The notes beneath the pieces are model-generated. The model had not been told where the DNA came from, ran no database searches, and saw only the letters and a program-made list of their open reading frames with translations. A stretch of DNA of 63,928 bases, filler included, from Hyphochytrium catenoides (taxonomy: Eukaryota > Protista > Hyphochytriomycota), in NCBI GenBank assembly GCA_900088475.1. It is 6 parts of 6 records of this genome, joined end to end, with 100 filler letters (N's around TTAATTAATTAA, not from the genome) between each part and the next. Parts side by side here need not be neighbours in the genome. Positions count along the whole stretch, not along the records: positions 3,690 to 31,800 come from FLMG01004707.1; 5 more parts are not named here. One strand, written 5' to 3'. Shown here one piece after another: positions 12,276 through 24,600 of the stretch (the stretch's first letter is position 1; each line of letters opens with the position of its first letter). A program made the position numbers and the translations under genes.

Positions 12276-14131
12276 GTCCTTCTTCTGCCGTCCTCTCCCT
12301 TGCTGCACTCGGACGTAAAGAGGAAGAAGAAGAGTTGGCCCTCTTCTGCAATGCATCCAGAAACCCTTTGTAAGAAGGTGCCTTGTGTGATAGTAAAAAC
12401 TACAGCCAAGTCAGCAGCTTTACAGCTGATCTTAGATATACCCCCCAGCAACCGTATTTGCACGGATGTCAGTGACCTCAGCCTCGAAATCTGATAGACT
12501 GTTCATCATTTCCCTAAGAGTTTTTGGTGATGCACAAGCGCTTGAACCTCCTCGGTTCGTGAAAATGGAAGAGTGTTGAGACGACAGTGTGATCTTTGCC
12601 AGCGGCAAACCAGTGACTAACAAGCGGGACCAGCAGATGAAAGGAGGCTAAAGATTGCGTGAGGGAGGGCTAACCTTCCCAGGGGACCACTACTCACATC
12701 AATTCTCATTGAGTCCTGAGGTGCTTCTCCAGCACAGGTCTTTGGATCTTTGGTACCGCCCATGCAACAGTGAAAGATCGTTCAGGATCTCAATCGACAA
12801 CGCGCCTTGTAGTGTTCAAATACGCGTACAACGCACAGGAGCACATCCAACATTCACGCCCCACAACCCACCATAGCGATGGACAGGCTGTTCATCATCG
12901 TCGTGCACATACGACAACGACGAACAGTCAAAAATAGTGGAAATATACAGTTTCGGCAGCTCGCTGCCATTATGATCCATCACCACTCGTCATCTGGCCG
13001 TGAACCCTACACGGACAGCAACAATCGACCGAAAGATTTCAATAGCTTTCGTCTATTGTTTCATGAAACGTTGATAGTGGTTTTAGAATACAGTGAAATA
13101 ATGAGGGAGGTTGATTGCACAAAAGGTTCTTATGAAGCGTTGGGAATGAAAGGAAACGAAGAGTGATTGGTCAATGGGTAGGACAGGAGAGANNNNNNNN
13201 NNNNNNNNNNNNNNNNNNNNNNNNNNNNNNNNNNNNNNNNNNNNNNNNNNNNNNNNNNNNNNNNNNNNNNNNNNNAGAGATATTGAAGAGAAGAGAGAGC
13301 AAGTAAGAGAGAGAAAGGAAGAGGACGAAAAAGAGAGGAAAGAATTGTAGAGGAGAGAGGAGCGGAGCCCAGCAGCATGAATGATGATGAACAAAAGGTG
13401 AGCAAGAGAGAAGAGAGATAAAGAGACGTTCTTCGATCATTTGAAGGCGTGAGAGAAGAGAGAGATCACCCCCGCAGCTCTCTTCTCGTACCTTCAGATC
13501 CATCTCCAGGAACCGGAGGAGATATCCTAGCGCTTCCCTACGGCCAGTGGGCCATGAGCTATGACCAACCCTGAAGGGTAACGAGACGCGACCTATCTTT
13601 CCTCTTCCCTTACTCAAAAGCAGGCTCTTCTCCGTCCGCTGCTTCCCTGCCGTTCTCTCTTTCTCTCCTGCGGTAAGGACTGAGTGGATTGTCTATCAAA
13701 GACAGGAACTGCTTCAAGGACTGACGAGGAGCTTTGCTAGCGCTCCGCCGTCAGAGTCCAGGAGATGTCTATTCAGGCAGGCGATTCTCCTTTGTTAGCA
13801 TGCAAGATGGCGGAAAAGTTAGAAGGACGCCAGCGTCGTTTACACTGAGCAGCGAGGCAGCAGCGGAAAAGAAGCATCGGCTACCTCTAAGCTAGCCTTC
13901 GAGAGATCGCTCATAGCCCTCTTTACAAGCTGGACAACTGAGTTGCCCTCCGCAAGTTCATTTGAACGGCGGTGGGCCATCCAAGAAAGCGCTCCAATCT
14001 TGTCGCTGTGCCACTCTTTCATCCTAGCAGTGACCCTGAACTCGTGACGCTGTCAGACACCCGAAAGCTCCGCCTGGTCATCTCTCTCTTCAAGCATCAC
14101 CTAGTTAAGGAAGCTGCAGGGTTAGCCCGCC

Positions 14132-16694
14132 ATGGCCACCGGAGACTTGAATAACAACCTGCGCAGGCTGAGACGAGAGCTGTCCTATCTAAATTTCCAG
14201 GATGAGCTAGTCACAGATGAAGAGTAAGGCCTTTCGCCGCATCTTCTTCTGCCAGAAGCTCTCATGTTTCCCAGTTGATGACTGTATGCTCTAACCGTCT
14301 CCATCTCCCACTCCTTGGCATGCTTTGTAGGCTAGCAAGTGGCTCCCCTCATGCATTCCTTGCCATTCTACACTGGGTTCTGTTTGACTTCTCTCAGTAT
14401 GTCTCAAAGTTCCTTGTCTCCAAGAACTACGATCTGTACGGGAAGACAGATCTGCGCTTTATACAGGGAGTGTTTCGTCTGATGCGTGACGAGTTCAACA
14501 CTCGACCACCTCTCACTCCTTCACAGGTATTTCAGTACCACATTACTGCTGACAAAGTCTATCTTCCGCATTCGACATCCATCGTCCGCCACCCGGCTTC
14601 CTCGATCTGTCTATGTGTTCTTACGGTGGTTGCCGCTCTTTTTGTCCCTCTCCAGTTTCTTTCTCAGGGCTTTGCAGAGGTCAAGCTGATATTCACCTAT
14701 GGTGTCGTCACGGCGGTACGGCGGCAACATGAAGAGATCACGAGAAAGGCAGAGAGACGGAAGGCTTCCGCCAAATCGAGGTAAGCAGTAGCAGTGGGAG
14801 ACGGAGCCACGCATCAATAGCAGAAAGCTGCGTTGTAGGGAAATAGAGAAGATAAAGAACAAAGTGTTCCATAACTAGCAGGAGAGAGGCCAGACGCGCG
14901 CCGGCCAATGAAAACAAACAGACAATAAGTGTCCCTATCCTCTACCAGTTCTGTAGGAGAACAGAGTGCTCCAAGCTGGAAACACTATGACTCTGCTGCC
15001 TCAATTTCAAGGCATAGTAAAGATATCCAACTATCAGGAGGAGGAGCTGGAGGAAGAATAGGACTTGAAAATACTTGCAGACAGAACCGTAGACAGACGC
15101 ACCCGCAGACAGGAAAGCGAGCGTCTGCGGACAATGGCCAGGCAACTGTTCTATCTCTCAAGAGCAGAGCTTCTTCCAGCAGTTTGGACACACAGACGAG
15201 CTCCATTGCCTTTCCCTACGGGAGAGAGAGTAATCAGATTGGCTCTGCCGCCTCTTCCCCTAAACCTTGGGGTTCTGTGGCTGGAGATGAGGACGATCAG
15301 AACTGGAGAAGTGAACACTCACCTAATCAGGGACTAGAGGGGGTAAGACGCAGCTCTAACATTGGATCTACACAGTGACGCTACTTGGAGCTCCCGTTCT
15401 ACTTACTGCCTCTACTCGCTCTTGGCCACCATCGCACGCTCCTCGTACAGCCCTTGCCCTTTGGCCCTTCAGGCTATTTTAAACTGTGTACAGGGTTAAG
15501 CTTTACCTTTTTGTCTGATTTCTGTCCTTCATAAGATACCCAGCGCACCAGCAAGCAAGGGTGTTTCCGAAGTGGAGCAGCAGGAGGCCATTCTTCAGCA
15601 CATTCAAAGATTAAGGGTTGACCCATCCGGCCCACCGCTCGTTCGGACAAGACAGCAATCGGGCAGTTCCTCTAAAAGTTCCAGGCACTGGAATGACTTC
15701 GAAGAGAACGCCTCCCTGGCCTCCTGTGCCTCCTCAGACTTTGACAGGCTACTGGCTACTCAGCCGTATTCTCGTTCGACTTCTTCCTATCCGGAACCTA
15801 TATATAACAAGGACCATGCAGATAGGCGAGATGAGCAATATGAAAAAGTGATTGAAGTAAGACCGGGTAGAGATGGTCTGTTTTTTCGGTCTGCCACGCT
15901 GCTTTCAGGCAATTTGGTGATGCTACACTTCAACTTTTACCCCTTCCTGCCATCTTTTCCTGCTCGCTCTATGTGGTCCGCTAGTGTCCGCAGAACTCTC
16001 CACCATTCTCCCACTCCCACATCCCCGTACTCATAGAGCTCACAGTGTTCTGCTACCCTCTCCTTTGCTCAGCTGCTCGGAAAGCTTGACAAAAAGTTAG
16101 ATACAGTTACGGATAACCTTTCGGCCCGACTTTTGCTATTAGAGACGAGGATGAAGATTTTGGAGGGTAGAAGAGAGGAGGAGAGAAAGGAAACTCAAAG
16201 AAGCTCCGCAACAGCTTCGGTCGCCAGAGAACTTCGGGATGGGGACAATATAGGAGCAATCAGGTGAGAATAGACTGTGTATTTTGCCCGCTTTTCTTCA
16301 GTGCTACCTCTATTGTTCAGACGATCAAGCTTTGTCTCATCTTGGTGATTCACTCCATATCTCTATTGACGTCAGCCCCTTTTTGGTATGTTATAGAAGC
16401 TCCTCGGACACTCGAAGCGTTCAGATCAGAGACAGCAGCCATATACGTGGTACAGGGGCTAATGCTGGTGACACAAGAGCTACCACTGAAAGGGTAAGCT
16501 CTATGCTTGGTTATTCTTGCTCTTATAAGCTACCTCAGCGGTGTCTTTCTTTATATATATCTCATCACTCTTCCCCTTTCTTTGACCACAAAATGCAGCC
16601 TCAGTCCCGCTTCACCGACGAGACCATTCAGCAAATTACCCAGAGGTTCAGAGAGGTTGAGCACCTCTTAGGAGCCCCTTCGGCAGCTGAATAA
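14132..16694 (+). CDS. CEP44: Centrosomal protein 44, multi-exon
   Basis: MATGDLNNNLRRLRREL | LASGSPHAFLAILHWVLFDFS...YDLYGKTDLRFIQGVFRLMRDEF...FLSQGFAEVK matches the CEP44 domain. C-terminal coiled coil LSARLLLLETRMKILE. Canonical introns (first 14224-14330). Central exons are less certain. Confidence 0.9.
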
Positions 16695-17195
16695 TATTAG
16701 GGTTATTGGTAGGTAGCGTACGAGAGCAAGGTGCAGCTCTGCATGAGAAGAAGATTGGTGCTGTGTACGATATGGCTGATTGCAGGAGTTAGAACGTAGA
16801 GTAGAAAGCTACATACGATGCCTTGTACTCTATTACTCATAGAAGAGCTGGTTGCCTACAGCTCTTACCGGCCAGGCACCAGACAAAACAAGAAGGATGG
16901 GAGATCAATGTCAGTGAATGGCATCGAACCCTGACAGATATCCGTCAATTAGCTTGAAAGACTGTTAATGATAGATAACCTTTTCACGGCTACAGCTTCT
17001 AATGGGCCCTTCTCTGCCCGAGGCTCTCGCTTCGAAAAGGAGACTGCTGCTGGCTTCCCTTTTGAAGCTGGAAGAGAACTTTCTATATAGGCAACAAGGG
17101 ACCTTTGCCACCAGCGGATACCCTCTAGATGTCGACTGATAAAACAAAGATATGGAGGAATAATAAATAAGTAGAGACGGCGACAACAAGGAAAA

Positions 17196-17631
17196 TCAGT
17201 TATGTCGGAAGAACTTCATGCCAACCCAGCCAGTGTAGATAGAGACGACAGTCACAGGTAGCGTCAGAGGGACAAGGTAACAATAGTAAACGTCGTTAGA
17301 GATCAGGTCCAAGAACTTGTTTCCTGTCCGCGGAAGGAACTTAGAGAAAACCATACTGTACCTGAGGATGCAGGGAAGGATATTAGTTGCTGTCGAGGAG
17401 AAAGAGGTAGATAATGGAGCGCGATACGTACATAGTAAGCACAAAGAATAGGGCTGAGAACACAAGGGTCACATGGGCCCAGAAGACAACGGGGAATCTG
17501 TCGTTGCTTCTGACGGAGGGAAATATGTATGGCCGATCCGTTGGATGTTCTGGGCTGACGTTCCACCTAGGTCCCAAACTAGATGCTCCGGTGCGGCTCA
17601 TTTGCGTGCTTTGAGCCGCCGAAGCGTCCAT
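17196..17631 (-). CDS. PIGY: PIG-Y family subunit of GPI-GlcNAc transferase, 2 exons (intron 17362-17431)
   Basis: Spliced product ends FWAHVTLVFSALFFVLTM|YSMVFSKFLPRTGNKFLDLISNDVYYCYLVPLTLPVTVVSIYTGWVGMKFFRHN, the PIG-Y signature with two TM helices. Confidence 0.8.
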
Positions 17632-18653
17632 GAAGCCCTAAAGCGACAACTTCTAAACCGCTTGCGTTTGCGTAGGGTCTCTTAAGCCCTCAGAGATTTG
17701 CCTGCTTCGTATCTTTTTTATGCTGCCAAGCTCCAAGGCCTCAGATCGTCTACACGTTGAACACTCTCAAAGTGTCCCTACCAACACTGAGCTAAGCGAA
17801 TCGCCACTTCTTTACATGGCCAAGACTTCAGAAGTTCAGGGTGAATACCGATGACCTTCCTCTCTGCAGAGTGCTGGAACGTTTGGATGGATGGTTTCGT
17901 TGTTTTTACTCTGGTCCCAGACTCAACTTCTTACTACGGTCATTTATGCTTGCTCCACGCTCATCACAGGTTAGCTGTTGAGATCTTCACCTCTGCTCAG
18001 TAGTAGTAGGACAACAAGATATCTACTTCTTGTTGCCTGCAACCCTTGAGCTCCTCAAGGCAAGACGATCTTCTGAAGATGGCGCCTGGGGACGGCACAG
18101 CATGGACGTGCACGCTCTGCTCTCATCAGAGTCTCGGACTCTCCTCTTCTCCTCTGGCCCCCCTTTCACCTTCAAGGATGATCTTTCAAAAAGCAAAAGA
18201 TCTCCTAACTCTTGAGTGTAAACAGTCAACAAAAGGGAGTCTTCACATTATAGTTCACTCTCAGCCAAACGGTGGCTTTTTCACAGTAATGGCTCTCCCT
18301 TACAAATGTTCTGACCTGCGTTTCTTCACTTGAGAAAACTGTCAAGATGGGACGATAATTGACATCTTCAGCAAGGTGTTTCTGCCAACTTCCTACTCAA
18401 TTCGATTACTAAGAGTGTTAATCTTGAGATGATTGATTCTTACGAAGGGCAGGACGATGGATTGTCCATCAGCGCCTCGCTTCGGCATCTGAGACCGTGC
18501 CATCAGAAGCACTCAGAAAGTCAGAAGCTTCCTTGCTGCTGTCTCGAGGCGGCACAGCAGGAGAAGAAGGGCTGTTCCAGCTTATAGCCCGCTCCCACAG
18601 ACCTCAAGAAGAGACTAAGCTGCTTTTCCGGCTGGCAGCTCGTGAGGGCAAGG

Positions 18654-21600
18654 ATGACGGGCCGCCTGGATATTGACGAGTTCTTTGACGAGCTTGAAAA
18701 GTTGGATCAGTCGGAGGTTCTCGCCCGACTCAAAGAGAAAGAGGAGAAGCAGCGTACGTAATTGCAGGACCATTGATTGCTTTCATGATAATGTCATAAG
18801 GGCACTATATGGATATAGGTGAAAGCGGTGGCGAGCTCAAGTGGCGCCTTCTGTCTTCCGGCTATCCAGGACATGCCAAGCTGCTTCTGGATGAAGATGG
18901 CCAGGAGAGGTATGCCGGTTCACTCTCTTTTGTTGGCCACAAGTGACTGACCCTTATCTCACATGTAGTCCAACCTCTCCGTACGACAACTATTTGGCCT
19001 TGCCGCCCGTGCCCCTACAATCAGCAAGTCTAGACACCCTGCTAGAAGAGTTTGAGGAGGTAGCTCTCTCGCTAAACAAGGGGCCTTCAGTGTTTGACTG
19101 TATTACATCTCTAGCTGCTAATCTCTTACATCCCGCACTAGCGTAGCCATAGTCCGGCTACTTACCGGCTTGCTCCTTTAACCTCGTACAGGATATGCTC
19201 AACCCCTCCCAATACTTCCCAACGCGACTATGGCCACGAGGCTTCCATCACATGCTCTATACCGCGCCCATGACCCAGCCTAGGACCACACTGCGACGAA
19301 AAGACCCATCTCTTCTTAATGGAGTGTTATCTTTGGAAGAGGTGGAAGTGGAACACTTAGAAGAGGATGATCTGGCCTCTGGTGGAATGTCCATGTCCCT
19401 CCGTCGGCAACCCGGCAAGATCAGCGACCACGTTAGGGGAAAGATAGGAAATATGCCCTTTGCGCCTGGAGGACTAGAACGGAATGCAGGTGAACTAAGC
19501 TCTCCACTTGCTGACTCTTACTTATTTAACTTCTTATTTGTCCCCTCTCTCGATGATACATTCTGATGCCACAACGAGCGCACCCATGACCCTTTTAAAT
19601 CGCTTCTGACTGTACTTCTGGCACTAGAGTTGGAGGCTGAGGCAAAGGAGGATCACAGCGCCAAGTATAGGGATCAGGAATCGATTCGGTCAAGCTTGCT
19701 GCCTCTCCAGCCTGGCTTTGACGCCACTCAGGTAATTAGCGCTCATGGTCTTTGTCTATCTTTCGCCTTCCTCTCTTCCATCACGGGGTCTTCTTCCAAT
19801 GGCGCTTACTTATGACTTTTTTTTTACCGGATAGAACTTCGACAAGTTACGGAGTCGGGCTCCCGGTCTTCCCGGAGGTCTTACACTGAGCGACTTCGAA
19901 CGACAGGAAAAGACGCAGATCATCGTGGACCTTGAGGCAAAGGTAAGCGCCTACCATCCTCCTTCGTCCTCTTCCGGAAGTTCCTTATGTTCCTATTTGC
20001 GTAAGATTTCATGGTCAACTTCTTTGAAGCGCCTAATGGACTCTCTGCCTCTACTACTCCCAAATGATATAAATCACGCTAGGACATCGACCATCCTCAA
20101 GCCATAGGATCAAACCCACCAGAGCTTATCTCTAAGTATGCTGAGGCTGCGCAGGATGACGAATATATGCGGTCCGTGAAGGCCAACTGGAGAGACAGAA
20201 GAGCAGCAGATTCTGTTGCCCTAAGGTAAAGAGGAGTCAACCAGTAACGGAAACAGAGACCCGCGCAGTGAATAGGTTCAGATGCTGCCAGAGCTTTCTA
20301 ATCTTGCGTAGTCGACTCAGAGCTAGTCAGACTAACAGAAGATCAGCTCAGGGGCACCGAACAAACTGTCCTATGGAGGATTCTCGTTTGATGAGAGTGA
20401 TGAGGAGAGCCTTTTGGGCAGTGATGATGAAGAAGAGGAAGAAGAAGAGGAAAGTGAAGAGGAAGAAAGTCACGAGGAAGAGAACAGTGCGGAAGCAGAT
20501 AACGCTGATGGATCCACAGCCGAAGAAGAGCTGCAGAGGTAAAGCCTTTTAATGTGTCCATTTTAGAATCGCAGCCGCGATTCACCTTCGTTCGACCTTT
20601 CCACAGATCTTTCAAAGCTCTTGCAGCCGGTACGGGAGTGGAGACAGGGAAACAGCACGCAGGGAAGCTAGAAGACGGGGAGCAGGATGCAGATGATGAG
20701 ATGCTTGAGGCAATACTTCAAGGAGCGGACGTAGAACTGTAAGTGCTTGTAAAATGGCTTGCATTCACTTTCTTTCTCTCTTCCGCCTTAGCTTCCTCAG
20801 TAGAGTCCATCTCACTGGTAATCTCTAGGACGTTGACCTCAAAGCGTGCTGTGGCTCCTGCAAAACAGCAGCACAAGACGGAGTGGGCGGTCATGGAGAC
20901 GAGCTCTGTCGCGAACTTTAGGGAGCTAGTTCCGAAGCCAGCTATTACTTATCCCTTTGAGGTAAGAGGTTGTTTTTACTAGTTGAGAGGTTGAGGAGTT
21001 ATTATGATGTGGGACGATTCAAGGCAGCGAGTTTTGAAAGTTTTGAGGAGAGGCTAGCGGAGCCAAGGATATGGGTAGTGTCATACATTCAGCAGCACGC
21101 TTGTGGAAGGGTCGCATCTCCCATTTAACCTGTATGTTTTCCTGCATCTCTGCAGCTGGACACTTTCCAGAAGCAGGCAATCATTCACTTGGAGCGTAAT
21201 GAGTGCGTCTTTGTGGCAGCTCACACCTCTGCAGGAAAGACTGTAGTGGCAGAGTACGCGATCGCAATGGCCATAAGGTAAAGGAGAAGAACGCTTGGTT
21301 ACTCTTCCCTGTCTCAATCCCGCCCTAACGTAACGTCTATGTGTGTTTCTTCCCATGTCTCTTTCTCTTTCTTGCTCTTCGTCTCTACAGTCATATGACA
21401 AGGGCAATCTATACCTCTCCTATCAAAGCGTTGTCTAACCAGAAGTATCGAGACTTCAAGCAACGCTTCGGCTCGGACATCGGGCTGATCACAGGGGATG
21501 TGTCTGTTAACCCAGAGGCGTCGTGCCTGATTATGACCACAGAGATCCTGCGATCGATGCTATACAGGTAAGGGGCCAGTCCAGCGAAGAACAGGGTCAC

Positions 21601-24600
21601 TGTGCATGGTGAGGTTGAGTTGCGTGGAAATCAGTCATTAGATACCTAGGAGCAGTGATGGATGCAAGGAGAGAGGGATGGCGTGGCTGAACAACGTGAA
21701 AGAAAGAGAAGTAACGAAGATGACTGCTTGGCCAGCAACATCACCTAGAGGTAAAGAAAGAGGGATAATGTTCAGTCTACGAGGCGGATGTGCTCCAAGA
21801 CATAACACTACTCAAAGGTCGGAGAAACGAGAAAAGTTATTGCACAGATCTCCTTCTTTCTGTGCTCTTCCATATTCTCACTCGACCGCTCGTCTCTCTT
21901 ACTCCTCCAACTTTCTCTCCGTATTATCTCTCCGTGTGCCATCAATCAGAGGCGCAGACCTCATTCGTGATATCGAGTGGGTCATCTTTGATGAGGTCCA
22001 CTATGTTAATAACCCGGAGCGAGGAGTGGTCTGGGAGGAAGTTATTATCATGCTGCCCGAACATGCCAACATGATCTTCCTCTCCGCCACTACACCGAAT
22101 ACCTTTGACTTCTCTGACTGGATTGGAAGGACAAAGAAGAAGAAGGTCTATGTTATCAATACTGAGAAGAGGCCGGTGCCATTGCAGCACTTTTTATATG
22201 CAGAAGGGGAGCTGTGCAAGGTACGAGAAGAGAATTCTGTTACCCCTTGTCATTCTTCCTTGTGTTAGCTGCTTGCCTTCGTCCTTACCTCCTTGTTCGC
22301 CTCTCTTCTGTTCGTCGGCTGACTGGTCCGTCCTCACTCATAGGAAAGACTTGAGACCACTGCTGCTTTTTAGCTTTTCTTTTTGCAACATCTATCCGCC
22401 TGTGGAGTCAGAGTCGCTTTAGTGAGTTCGTTTAAGCCACTCACCCACTTGCTTGTCTCGTATGAGAGCCACTGTTCATCTTCCAGTGCTTTGATATGGG
22501 TTTCTGGCCACTTTCAATACTGTCTTCTCCTGATAGCTTGGTCTAAACTTCGCTGTGCTTCTTGGGATTTAGATAATGGACGAAAAGAATACCTTTTTAG
22601 AGACTGGTCACCGGAAGGCCACCAAGCTCCGAAGAGAGAAAGAAGAGAAGAACTCGGCTAAAGCGGGAGGAGGAAGAGGGGGCCCCAGTCGAGGGAGTGG
22701 AGGGCGAGGAGGAGGAGGTCGAGGTGGAGGAGACAGGGGTCAATGGTCTCAGCTGATCAAGCTGCTCGAGAAAGAGAAGCTTCTTCCAGTCGTTGTCTTT
22801 GCGTTTAGTAAGCGTCTTTGTGAAGAATGTGCCAACGGGCTCACCTCGGTAGACCTGACAACCGGAAAGGTAGGACAGTGTACTGCATCCATATCACTCT
22901 CTGCCTACAAACATGTTTCAACGTCAAGTCCATATCTATCTCCTGCTCTGGCAAGTCTCTCTCATGATAAGTCCCTGAAGAATTTTTGCCGGTCCATACT
23001 CCCTCCTTGATGGTACTGAAATCAGCCGCTTGACCTGCCCTGCGGAACAGGAGAAAAGCGAGATCCACATCTTTTGTGAGGCTTCGTTTAGCCGGCTACA
23101 GGGATCCGATAGACATTTACCACAGGTAAACAAGGGGAACCAAAGGAGAAGAGCGAGCCCCACAAGCAGTGATATGTGCTGAGCCAACAACGATGCAATT
23201 ATAGGTCCTTAACATTAAGGAACTGCTGAAGAAGGGCGTAGGAGTGCATCATGGTGGTCTGCTCCCTATAGTTAAAGAAGTGGTGGAGATCTTGTTCTCC
23301 AGAGGTCTCGTGAAGGTGGTGCCCAGCTGTTACTTCATCAATCATCACTTCCACTGCCCTTCCTTCTTTGGTTCACTGTTCGTTAGACGTCCCGTGGTAT
23401 CCTTATCACGTCTTCATTTGCTCACTACTCTACGTTAGGTCACCTACCACTGGGCCATATTTTAGTCATTGCGCTCCTCTCCTCCCCTAGCTTCTTTTCC
23501 GTTAATCGCACTTTCCTTGCCTGTGACTTCGCCTGTGACTTCGCAGCCCGTGGCGATACACGTCACTTTTCTAATCTATCTGCTGAACCTATAAGCTCTA
23601 TCTCGGGCTCACGTCCTCCTACTACTCAGGTTCTCTTTGCTACCGAGACCTTTGCTATGGGTGTGAATATGCCTGCGCGAACAGTGGTCTTTAATGGCTA
23701 TAGGAAGCACGATGGAAAAGACTTCCGGGACCTTCTGCCTTCAGAATATACCCAGGTTAGCAGACTATTCACTTTTCTGGTTCTGGCCTCCTGTTCTATC
23801 CTCTGTATAGTCTACACATCTCTCTTCCTGTATCTATTACCTCGAATGATATTTTTAGGGGATCTTATCTTGCGCTCTTCCTTCCCCGCCCCGCATCCTC
23901 TTGCACTCGCTTGTTGTCTAGATGGCTGGCCGAGCCGGACGACGAGGATTGGATACATTTGGCACCGTTATCACGTAGGTCTATGCCTCTACGTATCCCT
24001 TCTTTGAACCCCTATCTGGCTTGTTGCAGACTTGCTCTCTGGCATTCATCAGAGTATCCTCACCTACCGCGCGGCAGCGCACCACCTTGCAATTATTCGA
24101 GTGTGTCTCAGTATACTATCCGCTTTGAGAGACTGATGTCTTTTTCATTTCTCCACCTCTCTCACTGTGTGACCTCTATTGATATTTAGGACCTGCTTCG
24201 GTCCCATCCCTGACATTCAGAGCCTTCAGCAAATGATGGTCGGCTCCCACACCAAGCTGGAGAGCCAGTTCAGGCTGACCTATAATATGATTCTCAACTT
24301 GCTCAGAGGTAAGCAAGGAGGCAAGAATCTTCGTTGTCTTTGTCTAACTTAAAACTGTCTTTCTCGTACTACATCTCCGTTGCAGTTGAGGATATGAGTG
24401 TGGAAGACATGATCAAACGCTCCTTCTCCGAGTTCCACACCCAGCGGCTTTTGACCACACACAATTTGCCCTCGGTCATTGTTAGAGCCAAAAAACGGGT
24501 AAACAAGCCACTATAGAATCTCTGCTGACCCTAGGCGGCAGGGAATGGGCAATTGCTCAGTACATGGGCGAGCTTCTCAGCACAGCCGCCTCGTGTGTTG